Shown here piece by piece: positions 9,200 through 18,535 of a stretch of 64,000 bases of DNA (positions within the stretch are counted from its first letter, which is position 1; each line of letters starts with the position of its first letter). The DNA is taken from IMG/VR virus record IMGVR_UViG_3300021356_000010, positions 1 to 64,000 of that record. One strand, 5' to 3'. The notes under the pieces were generated by a model, which was not told the DNA's origin, did not search any database, and was given only the letters and a program-made list of their open reading frames with translations. The position numbers were made by a program, and so were the translations under genes. The stretch is from a virus.

Positions 9200-12100
9200 T
9201 TAGATGATCGACCATGCAGCACCATCTAGGATGGTGACTACTGTGTTGCCAGTCAATTCAATTGGTCCAGCAGACATACAGTTTGTGTTTGCAGGAACGG
9301 TGACGTTTTCTGCAACTGTGTTTCTGTTTGCCTTCATGACACCGTAGGTATCAATATACTGTCTGTCACCCATCACTCTCATAGCGTTGTCGTTATTGTT
9401 ATTGGATGCACTTGCGGTGGTAGTTCCGAAGGAAGCACCAACGAAGTTAGAAGATCCATTAACATGTAGTTGATAATCAGGATCTGCCTGATTAACACCA
9501 ACTCTAGATAGTCTATAGATGTGTCCGCCAGTCGTGCTATCAGTCCATTTAGAAGTAACGAATGGAGAACCATTAGCATATAGAGTTCCGTTGAGGTTGA
9601 AGTTACCATCAACATTCAACTGCATGTCGATACCATTAACTGTGGTAGTTGTGGTATTAATAGAAACTCTGTTTGTATCACCATCGATTGCAATAGCAGG
9701 TGTAGCATTCCAGGTTGTTCCACCATTAGCAGTTGATGCTTGGATGGAGAAGATATCATCGCCAATTAATTGGTTGCCAATTCTAAAGTTTCTAAAGGAA
9801 GATGAACCGAGGAAATTGACACCGACACCTGAATTATCATTTGCACTGTCTAGAGTTAGATTTGATCTAATACGAGCAGCAGCATTTACATCTAAACGAT
9901 AATTAGAATCTGGATTGTTTGTTCCGATACCAACTGTACCATCATGCTTGATGGTCATTCTCTCAACATTATTTGTTCCGAAGTGCAGTGCATCTTCACT
10001 CATATTGACGATTGCACAACTACTATTGTTTCCAGAAGTAGAGAAATGATAAGCACTATTGAGGGTATTGTCGCTATTGCTTATCAATAATCCCCAAGCA
10101 CTGTTGCTACTGTGTGCTATATTAACTTGGTTATAATTACCACCTTTAATACCAACAACATCACCTGCACCAGAACCACCAATATCAAATGTTCTAGCAG
10201 GAGTGCCAGAGTTAATACCAACTCTATTTGTTGATGCATCTACAAAGAATGTATTTGTATCAACAATCAGATCTCCAGCAATTGTTGTGTCGCCAGTTAG
10301 AGTAGATGTTCCAGATACGCTTAGGTTAGATCCAGCACCAGTTAGAGTTAGCGAACCAGTCATGGTGTCGCCTGCTTTCAATACGTTTAGAGAAGCAGCA
10401 CCAGTTACGTTACCAGTGATAGCTCCAACAGCAATATCTCCATTAGCATCACGAAGAACAGCAGTGTTTGGAACATTGGTTGTTTGGAATTGAATGTTAC
10501 CTGAGTTCCAGATCTGGTTACCGTTGATGGTCATTCCATCGGCATTAACAACCTGAACGTTCAGAGTTCCAGATCCGTCAGTTCCATTGCCACCAGAAGC
10601 AATCATTGCAACGTTGTAGTTTGCTGCTAACTGAGAACTATTGAAATAGATTCCAGGTGCAGAAGAAACACCGTCCTTTCTTCCTAGTCTTAGGTTAGCT
10701 GTTCCACTATCACTTTCTAGTACAGCAACATCAATGGTGTTACCGTCTTCAATAGAGAAGTCTTGGAATGGAACTCTATTGCTTGCAGATCCAATAGTTT
10801 CTGCACCAATGAAATTACCAGTTGTTAATCTACCAACGATAATTGTATAATCATTAAAGTTATCAACAGTATCGTCATTGACGATAAGATTATCAATCGT
10901 GATTTCACCTACATTCTGAGAATTGCTATTATACAGATTGACAGAGTTGCCAGGAGTAAATGGTGTAGATCCCAGAACTAAACCACTAACATAAATTTGA
11001 TATCTTGGATCTCCATTGAATGATTTAATTGTTAGATCATCGCGGATAGATGATGCACTGATAAATCTTGGAAGTCTTTCATCAGATAGAGTTCCGTAAT
11101 TGACATTCAGAGCATTCTGATACCAGATGCCTTGGCGGTTGTCTAGTTTATCAGCGTCAAGATCAGATCCAGGACCATCATTGAGAGAACTCCAGATCTT
11201 ACCCCAAGAACCAAAAGCGGTGAGACCAGTTCCAGAACCACGGAGGTACATGTTGTCATTATCAGTGAATGCAAGTTGTCTTACACCACCGAAGGAAGCA
11301 TCAAATCCAGATCCACCATTTCTGATGGTCATTACAAGGTTCTTGCTTCCACCATCATTGAGACCATTAGCACTGTTGTTAATCGTATTAGCAATAATAC
11401 CTTCAACAAAGTTATTAGGAGATGGGTTTGATGTTGGGTTGTTTGTACCAGTAATCAAACGAATAGTGTTTGCAGAAGAACCCGAGATACTAATATTGTA
11501 AGTACCAGATAGTCTATCAGTTGGTAAAGTTCCAGAGTTTTGGTTAGTTGAGTTTAGATAGAACGCACCTTGAGCACCATCGAGGAGGTCAGCATCTAGA
11601 CCACTATCAGCACCAGTTTTCAGTGTGACAGAACCGTTACCTTCTGTGCCAATATCAAACTGAGACTTCTTAAATCTAGCAACACCAATTGTACCGAAGA
11701 GGTCTGCACTGACCGTTAGATCAGTAACTCTCTGAACATCAATAGCAACATTTGCATATTGCTTATTAACTGTGGAAATTTTTGCTGCTAATACTGCATT
11801 GGATCCTGCACCAATGGTAGCAGTTGGCAGTGTAGTAATATTGAAGTCTGCGGTAAATCCAACACCACCATCAGTAACAACAATATCGCTGATTGCATTG
11901 TTTGCTACTGTAATGTTTGCTCTTAAACCAGTTCCAGTACCACCAAGTAATTGCTGGTCAAAGTATTGACCGTTTGTAAATCCAGAACCACCACTAGCAA
12001 TTACGATAGAATCTACAAATCCACCTTGCGTGTATGAAGACTCAAATGTGATAGGAGATGATCCTCTATCGAATTCAATAACTGTACCAACTGGAATTGT

Positions 12101-15100
12101 TGATGTTAGAGTATTACTTAGTGAAATAGTTGTAAATCCACCAGACGTTAATACTCCATCAATGTTAGTATTCGCTTGAATACCTGTTACATTAGCAACT
12201 ACTTCATGTCCAACTAATACATCCGAATTGGTTGTAAATTGTAGTTCGGAACTTCCAGAAGAAGCTTGAGAACTTAGTTTTGCAAAATATCTAGTCTCTG
12301 TGCTCTTTACAGATTGTACTGCCAGTGCCCAGTTTTGATCTCCACGTAAGAATGTGAATGAGTTTGCAGTTCCTCCAGTAGCAATAACGTTTGCTGGGAT
12401 CGGACCACCAATAAGGGTAGAACCGTCGATAGTGCTGGAAGTTAGTGATACCCAGTTGTTACTATCAAATGATGATGTATTGACAACTCTGGTAAGATTA
12501 ACAGTTACTGCTGGGATATCACTGGATTCAATAGTATCGGTATCAGTAATAGCAATGTTATTGACAATATCGCCATACAATCTGCTTTCAATTAATGCGA
12601 CACCTGTTGCCTGTGTTCCAGATCCAGCAGGAGCAGAGAACGTTACTGTTGGAGCAGTTGTGTATCCTTTTCCTCCTTTATAACCATTGAATTCGACAAT
12701 AGTTACAGTTACAACTTCTCCATTTGCAATGGTACTAGTTGCTGCAGCAGATACTCCACCTTGCTGGGGATTACCACCAGCAATTGTTACTGTAGGTGGA
12801 GAGGTGTAACCAGAACCACCATCGGTAATATTGATGGTATGAACTACACCTTGTCTATATTCAGTTGCTTGAACTCTTCCTTGAGATATGCTGCCAAGGA
12901 AAATATCGCCAATTGTAAATTGGATAGTTGGATCAACACCAAATGCAAGGAACAAACTATCCAAGTCATTGTTAAGAATGAATGATGTAGTTGTGTCTTG
13001 CTGAATAGCAATGTCACCAGCGAGTGCTCCTTCGATAGAAGTTCTTTCTTGCTGGTCTGCAACAGTATAAACTTCAAATGGTCTTAGTGCTGGAATTTGG
13101 TCGATAGAAATCTTACCCGAATCGGTAAGTTCAACCAGTGCTCTAGGAACAGCATTTGTAGAGTATGGTTTGTTGATGTAAGGACCAAGGTTGTTAGTGA
13201 TATAGTCCTTAACTGCCTTTTGAGTAGGTAGTTTAGAGTCAGTAGCATTAGCACCACCAAGTGTGTTAGATGCATCGAAACCAGTAACAACAACGTCGCC
13301 ACCCTTCAGTTTCAAGAATTCAACTTCAGAGATAGTAACCGTGCCAGTAAAGGTGATAGCACCAGTTCTGTTTTCAATCTGAGCAAAAGTACCAACTTTG
13401 AAGTCACCTAGTTCGTCAGTACCAGAGACATATACACGACCATAGTCCTCAGAGACTTGCTCGTTTGCCTCTACTTTAGTACCACCGTTTTCAGGTAGTG
13501 CTAAGTAGTTAGTACCAGAACCTGCAAATTCCCAAGTGTGGGAAGAACTATTAACAATAGATGGTCTGTGAAGTCTGATGGTTTCTCCAAGAAGAGAAGC
13601 AGCAGTTTGAGGAGTTCCATCACTGTCTCTGATGACGCTATATGGTTGTCCAGTTCCATCGTCGATGGTGATCGTAGCAGAGAAAGGAGGACCAACTGTA
13701 ACACCAGATACTTCGTCGATGAAGTATTCTACTGTGCTTGATGTATTACTATGACCATCAACTTTAACAACATAGTGCTCTAGTGGTTCTCTTCCTAAAT
13801 TATCAACAGTAAAGATAGTTCTTCCAGTTGGAGTTGCAGAAACATTAACAATAGTACCAACGTCAAATGAATATGCCTCTCTTCTAAATCCTCTACCACG
13901 TAGAGCAAACTGACCAAAGTTTGTAGCGGAGTTTGTAACTGATGCATAACCACCAGACTCAGCAAGAATACCATCAGCACAGAAGATAACGAAGACCGAA
14001 ACTAACTGAGTGTAACCATCTTCAATAATTTTATATCCTGTACCACCAAAGGAGACGATGGTGAATGCAGATGCAACCATCGACTTACCCTGATTGGGGA
14101 AGGTTGCAGAACCATCAAGTTCTAGACCAGGGAAAGGACAGTTGGGTTGCTTAACTTTAGAACCATCAACTAGAGCACCACTACCACCTAAGAACGAAAT
14201 GATAGAAGAGTTCTGAGTATATGGCGATGCCTCAATGATTGGATAATCATCAAAGTCACCACGAATTGCCATCCTTTGATTGTTAGCATCATAGATGTAA
14301 CTATCTGGATATGTAATTACATTTGTAGTGTCAAATAATGTTCCTGTAGTCTTAGTAGTAGTTCCTGGTTCGATTGCAGTTCCACTAGCAGGATCCTCTG
14401 CATACTCTAGAATGCCATCTAGAATACCCATAGAAGTTGTGATAGATGCTTCTACGTTTGCACAAAGAGGATTGCCTAGAGGATCTGCTAGAATAGTTGC
14501 ATCAACAAACTGTGGAATTGGAGAAGATGTGGTTACAGCAGCGCCAGCACCATCTTTCCATCCACGCATCGCTGCGATAGCAAGATCTCTTACTTGAGTA
14601 TATGCATATCTGGTCTCTTCTATTTGAGATGCATCAATACCAGTCAGTGCAGTTCCTGTGAAGTATGTTTCTGCATTAGTTACAATTCCAGAGTTTCCTC
14701 CAAGAACAAGGTCTCTAATTAGACCACCTAGAATATAATTAATATCTCTACGGCACTTTCTTTGATGAATATCAGACAGTCCTAGAGAAGGGAACTGTGC
14801 CTCAGTATTGATAAGTGCTTGATCTGCAATCAGATCTCTGTTTCTAGCAATTAGATATGCAGCATCTAGATATGTGCCAGAAGCATCGTTAGCGATAACA
14901 TCAACATATAGATATGCAAGAGTATCGATAGCAGATCTTACATCATCACACGCAGGAGTTCCAGCAGTTGCTGTAATAACACTGTCGTCAAAATATCTTG
15001 GTACGCTAGAATATACTGGGGTATATGCTGGATTGCCTGGAGTTCCATCTCCAGTTCTCCAGTTTCTCATTGCAAGGATTGCTAGTTCTCTAGCATATTC

Positions 15101-17989
15101 AATTGCACGTACAGTCTGTATAATCTCATTTTCAATGTAAGCAATCTTAGCACCAACAATATACTTCTGTGCTGCTTCAATAATGTTATGGTTAGAACCA
15201 AATTCAAGGTCTCTTACAATGGCGTTGATAAAATGTCTTACATCTTGACGACACTGTTCATCACCATTAGTTTCGCTGTTTGTTACAGTAGGAGAACTGT
15301 ATGATGGATAGACTTTAGTTCCTGCCTCACAAGAAATTTCAAGACCTGCTAGTTGTACAGTATCGTCTTCTGAAAGATTTAGTGATACATCAGTAGTTAC
15401 TGTTGCTACTCCAGTTACTGCTGTGTCATAAACAAAATTAGTTACATTAGCAGTAACTCCACCGAAAGTTGCAGTACCAGTTGGATTTGCACTATCATAA
15501 GTATTTGCATGATCTAGTGTTCCTAGGAAAATATCAAAGGAAGTTCCACTTACATTATAAACAGAATAGTATTCTTTCTTGAATTGATCATTAATTCTTC
15601 CTACAACTTCATCCGCAATAAAATCTCTGTTGTTGCGTAAGAATACACAAGCATCTTGGAATCTTCTTTCTACTGGAGTAGAAAGACTGAAATTATTTGG
15701 TGAGTTTAGTAGTGTTAGTGTAACTGACTTGGAGTAAGATTTTACAACCGCTGTTTGTCCAGGATCAAAGTTTGAATCATTAATTGTTGGAGCTTTCTTT
15801 GGAATTACAAATCTTCTAGAACGACCATCAGCATCTTCTAGAACTTTGTAAATTCTTTGTTTGCCCATCAGGAAAGATAGGTCTGGATTTAGAGTAGGCA
15901 ATCCAGAGATTTCAATTTCTTGACCTTCTTTGAAGTCGTGAATGTTGTCTCTACCAACTAGTTGGTTTGTATAGAATACAATACCACCAAGATCTTCTGC
16001 ATTACCAAACTGAGCATTTTGGAAACCACCAGTTGCGATACTTGGATCTCCCTGTAGAGAGAAATCAATTCTCTGAATGGGAAGAGTAGAAGTTACATCT
16101 TCATCTACAGAAACAACTTCACCCTCTGCTCTAATTGATTTAATGGAGGTACTATCAAAAGACTCTGTTACGATAGCAGCCTGGAAAATATTGATAGATG
16201 CTGCTTGATTAGTTTCCCAAGAAGGTGAGTTGAGAATAGGTACAACTGTTACTTCATAACTAGTTGGAGCATTGGTATCATCAATAGTTGCAACTTCGTA
16301 GAATCCTTGAGTAAAGTTAGCATCTGCAGTATCATCTAGAAAGATATAACTTCCTGGAATAATGCTATCACCAGTAGGATTTGTCGAAAAGATCAGTGTG
16401 TTTGTTCCAGCAGTTGCTGTGATTGTTTGTGTATTGATCTGACTTCCTTGAGAACCAGAAACAATATAGTCAAATCTCTCACCTTCTACGAAAGAACCAC
16501 TAGTTAGAAGAACATCTACACTACCATTAATGTACGCTGATGCTCCAGTAGTTGTATCAAAAACAACATTACTAATTTTTGCTCTAGCACCAGTATTGAC
16601 ACCAACTACTTCTAAACCACTGGTAAGTGCTGATAGACCAGTGTTTTGCTGGAAATCGACATTGAATTTGTCTGGTCCAAAAATTTGATGACCAATTGGG
16701 AAATCTACACCAAAGTCTCCATTGACTTCATTGTCGATGACAACTCTTTGCTTGTCATCAAATACCATTGCAAAGTCCCAAGTTGCAACAGAGTCACCAT
16801 TTGAATCAATTTGATCGCGGAAGGTAACACCAATAACATAGTTTTTATCACCAAACTTGACCATGTGTTTGCCAGGATTGGCAGGTCTCATGATGACGAG
16901 ACGTAAGTTGTCACCTACAATGGAACAATCAGGTGGTAGAGAAATTGGGTTATCTTCTACGTAGTCACCACCAGAAACAATCAGTGTTTCTTTTACGCCA
17001 GGAGTTGACCATGCCAACTGTGCCGCTTTCTTAATTGTGCGAACAGGATTGACAGCAGAACGACCATCGTTTTGGTCGGAACCAATCTGTTGAGAAACAT
17101 AGATACGACCACCAACGTCATTCGTTGCTAGATTGAGGACGTATTCTGTAGTTGCAATCTTATCAGATCTGTCACCAAGTACAGGTGTAATAGATCTTGG
17201 ATATACACCAGATTCTCCTGTTGTTCCATATCCAAACGCTTCATTATCATCTACTCTAAAACCAATATGCTTTAGTGTAGCAGTACCATTGACCACTTCG
17301 CCATCAGTATGGGTTGGAGCATCTGCTCCAGTAGTACCAGAAACTGTTACTTGATAAATATTTGATCCAAAATATCTGTATGAATCTTTCTGTAAGAAAA
17401 CACTTGCAGACCAAAGAGTTCCTGTAGCGTTAGCGTAGGTTTTTAAGTTTGGAGCTCTGTGATTTAGATCAGGACTAATTAGATTATCAACATCTAGGTT
17501 GAGAATTCTTGCAGTATCAGAAATGATAGAAGTAGAAGTTCTGATAGCACCAGAAATATCTAATTCAAAATCAACCGTATCGAGTGTTGCTGTAGCAGCA
17601 GCACCTACACCACCACCTCCAGAAAATGTTACTGTTGGTGCAGAAGTATATCCACTTCCTGGATTATTAACAGCAATTGTAGTTACTTCACCATTGAAGA
17701 TGAAAGCAGAAGCAAGAGCTTGAACTCCACCAGATGCTGGGGGAGAAATATTTACGGAAGGTGCGCTAGTATATCCAGAACCGCCAGCGGTGATTTTAAT
17801 CGTATCAACTCTTTGCCCAGTTCTATTGATACCAACACGAGGCAATCCAGTATTGCTATCAAGTTGAGCACGAAGGATTTCTTTTTCTAACGAGCCTGTA
17901 CCCGATCGAATGGTAAGTTCGTTATCACCGATGAGTTTGGGTTGAGAACCTCTTACAAACTCTTTATCGGAATTGATATTAAAACTCAT
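9200..17989 (-). CDS. Giant tail fibre / virion structural protein (2929 aa)
   Basis: GLDADLLDG, LDADKLD, VLKAGDTMTGSL and VGIGTNNP fibre motifs; YVS...GSD.NDG....P..TI beta-helix start; G.GY..AP.V repeats; two phycobiliprotein-like helical repeats. Confidence 0.9.
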   Translation of the reverse strand: MSFNINSDKEFVRGSQPKLIGDNELTIRSGTGSLEKEILRAQLDSNTGLPRVGINRTGQRVDTIKITAGGSGYTSAPSVNISPPASGGVQALASAFIFNGEVTTIAVNNPGSGYTSAPTVTFSGGGGVGAAATATLDTVDFELDISGAIRTSTSIISDTARILNLDVDNLISPDLNHRAPNLKTYANATGTLWSASVFLQKDSYRYFGSNIYQVTVSGTTGADAPTHTDGEVVNGTATLKHIGFRVDDNEAFGYGTTGESGVYPRSITPVLGDRSDKIATTEYVLNLATNDVGGRIYVSQQIGSDQNDGRSAVNPVRTIKKAAQLAWSTPGVKETLIVSGGDYVEDNPISLPPDCSIVGDNLRLVIMRPANPGKHMVKFGDKNYVIGVTFRDQIDSNGDSVATWDFAMVFDDKQRVVIDNEVNGDFGVDFPIGHQIFGPDKFNVDFQQNTGLSALTSGLEVVGVNTGARAKISNVVFDTTTGASAYINGSVDVLLTSGSFVEGERFDYIVSGSQGSQINTQTITATAGTNTLIFSTNPTGDSIIPGSYIFLDDTADANFTQGFYEVATIDDTNAPTSYEVTVVPILNSPSWETNQAASINIFQAAIVTESFDSTSIKSIRAEGEVVSVDEDVTSTLPIQRIDFSLQGDPSIATGGFQNAQFGNAEDLGGIVFYTNQLVGRDNIHDFKEGQEIEISGLPTLNPDLSFLMGKQRIYKVLEDADGRSRRFVIPKKAPTINDSNFDPGQTAVVKSYSKSVTLTLLNSPNNFSLSTPVERRFQDACVFLRNNRDFIADEVVGRINDQFKKEYYSVYNVSGTSFDIFLGTLDHANTYDSANPTGTATFGGVTANVTNFVYDTAVTGVATVTTDVSLNLSEDDTVQLAGLEISCEAGTKVYPSYSSPTVTNSETNGDEQCRQDVRHFINAIVRDLEFGSNHNIIEAAQKYIVGAKIAYIENEIIQTVRAIEYARELAILAMRNWRTGDGTPGNPAYTPVYSSVPRYFDDSVITATAGTPACDDVRSAIDTLAYLYVDVIANDASGTYLDAAYLIARNRDLIADQALINTEAQFPSLGLSDIHQRKCRRDINYILGGLIRDLVLGGNSGIVTNAETYFTGTALTGIDASQIEETRYAYTQVRDLAIAAMRGWKDGAGAAVTTSSPIPQFVDATILADPLGNPLCANVEASITTSMGILDGILEYAEDPASGTAIEPGTTTKTTGTLFDTTNVITYPDSYIYDANNQRMAIRGDFDDYPIIEASPYTQNSSIISFLGGSGALVDGSKVKQPNCPFPGLELDGSATFPNQGKSMVASAFTIVSFGGTGYKIIEDGYTQLVSVFVIFCADGILAESGGYASVTNSATNFGQFALRGRGFRREAYSFDVGTIVNVSATPTGRTIFTVDNLGREPLEHYVVKVDGHSNTSSTVEYFIDEVSGVTVGPPFSATITIDDGTGQPYSVIRDSDGTPQTAASLLGETIRLHRPSIVNSSSHTWEFAGSGTNYLALPENGGTKVEANEQVSEDYGRVYVSGTDELGDFKVGTFAQIENRTGAITFTGTVTISEVEFLKLKGGDVVVTGFDASNTLGGANATDSKLPTQKAVKDYITNNLGPYINKPYSTNAVPRALVELTDSGKISIDQIPALRPFEVYTVADQQERTSIEGALAGDIAIQQDTTTSFILNNDLDSLFLAFGVDPTIQFTIGDIFLGSISQGRVQATEYRQGVVHTINITDGGSGYTSPPTVTIAGGNPQQGGVSAAATSTIANGEVVTVTIVEFNGYKGGKGYTTAPTVTFSAPAGSGTQATGVALIESRLYGDIVNNIAITDTDTIESSDIPAVTVNLTRVVNTSSFDSNNWVSLTSSTIDGSTLIGGPIPANVIATGGTANSFTFLRGDQNWALAVQSVKSTETRYFAKLSSQASSGSSELQFTTNSDVLVGHEVVANVTGIQANTNIDGVLTSGGFTTISLSNTLTSTIPVGTVIEFDRGSSPITFESSYTQGGFVDSIVIASGGSGFTNGQYFDQQLLGGTGTGLRANITVANNAISDIVVTDGGVGFTADFNITTLPTATIGAGSNAVLAAKISTVNKQYANVAIDVQRVTDLTVSADLFGTIGVARFKKSQFDIGTEGNGSVTLKTGADSGLDADLLDGAQGAFYLNSTNQNSGTLPTDRLSGTYNISISGSSANTIRLITGTNNPTSNPSPNNFVEGIIANTINNSANGLNDGGSKNLVMTIRNGGSGFDASFGGVRQLAFTDNDNMYLRGSGTGLTAFGSWGKIWSSLNDGPGSDLDADKLDNRQGIWYQNALNVNYGTLSDERLPRFISASSIRDDLTIKSFNGDPRYQIYVSGLVLGSTPFTPGNSVNLYNSNSQNVGEITIDNLIVNDDTVDNFNDYTIIVGRLTTGNFIGAETIGSASNRVPFQDFSIEDGNTIDVAVLESDSGTANLRLGRKDGVSSAPGIYFNSSQLAANYNVAMIASGGNGTDGSGTLNVQVVNADGMTINGNQIWNSGNIQFQTTNVPNTAVLRDANGDIAVGAITGNVTGAASLNVLKAGDTMTGSLTLTGAGSNLSVSGTSTLTGDTTIAGDLIVDTNTFFVDASTNRVGINSGTPARTFDIGGSGAGDVVGIKGGNYNQVNIAHSSNSAWGLLISNSDNTLNSAYHFSTSGNNSSCAIVNMSEDALHFGTNNVERMTIKHDGTVGIGTNNPDSNYRLDVNAAARIRSNLTLDSANDNSGVGVNFLGSSSFRNFRIGNQLIGDDIFSIQASTANGGTTWNATPAIAIDGDTNRVSINTTTTTVNGIDMQLNVDGNFNLNGTLYANGSPFVTSKWTDSTTGGHIYRLSRVGVNQADPDYQLHVNGSSNFVGASFGTTTASASNNNNDNAMRVMGDRQYIDTYGVMKANRNTVAENVTVPANTNCMSAGPIELTGNTVVTILDGAAWSII

Positions 17990-18023
17990 GGTGCTGACTA
18001 CCTGCGCCTACTGTCCTAACTTA

Positions 18024-18030
18024 TATTTAG
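18024..18030 (-). promoter_or_regulatory. Late promoter variant CTAAATA
   Basis: Intergenic, about 35 nt upstream of the fibre gene. Confidence 0.6.
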
Positions 18031-18032
18031 CA

Positions 18033-18533
18033 TCACTGCCATGCAATACTTACTACTTGAGTGCTAACAACCCACTTGATAACATTCGTTGTACCAGCTC
18101 TTGTGGTAGAGTATGAAAATCTATTAGTTCCTCCTAGAGGAGATATCTCCCAAGTTTGTCCTGATGGAATATCATCCTTAATAACAGTATTCATACTTGA
18201 CAAAACAGACACTAAACCAGCATTGTCACAAGTAACAACACTTTCTATCTTTTCAGAATAAACTGTCCCCGAAGGATTGACAGCAATTACATGACCTGTG
18301 ACAAAATTAAGTGTGTTATTATCAATTGTAATTTGAGAACCAACTGTATCCAATTGTAATACAGCTGTATTTACTCCCCTCAATATGTAATTGACGGTTT
18401 TACTATCTGTAAATTCAGCGTTTTTAATTTCTAAAGTATTGAAATCTTTAGCATTTCTAAGTTCATCAACAACGACAGTTTTATCGATAGAGAATCCACC
18501 AACTGAGTCAAATTTATCTTTTGTAGTTGCCAT
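18033..18533 (-). CDS. Virion structural protein (166 aa)
   Basis: FDS.GGFS N-terminus; lies within the structural operon. Confidence 0.75.
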   Translation of the reverse strand: MATTKDKFDSVGGFSIDKTVVVDELRNAKDFNTLEIKNAEFTDSKTVNYILRGVNTAVLQLDTVGSQITIDNNTLNFVTGHVIAVNPSGTVYSEKIESVVTCDNAGLVSVLSSMNTVIKDDIPSGQTWEISPLGGTNRFSYSTTRAGTTNVIKWVVSTQVVSIAWQ

Positions 18534-18535
18534 TT

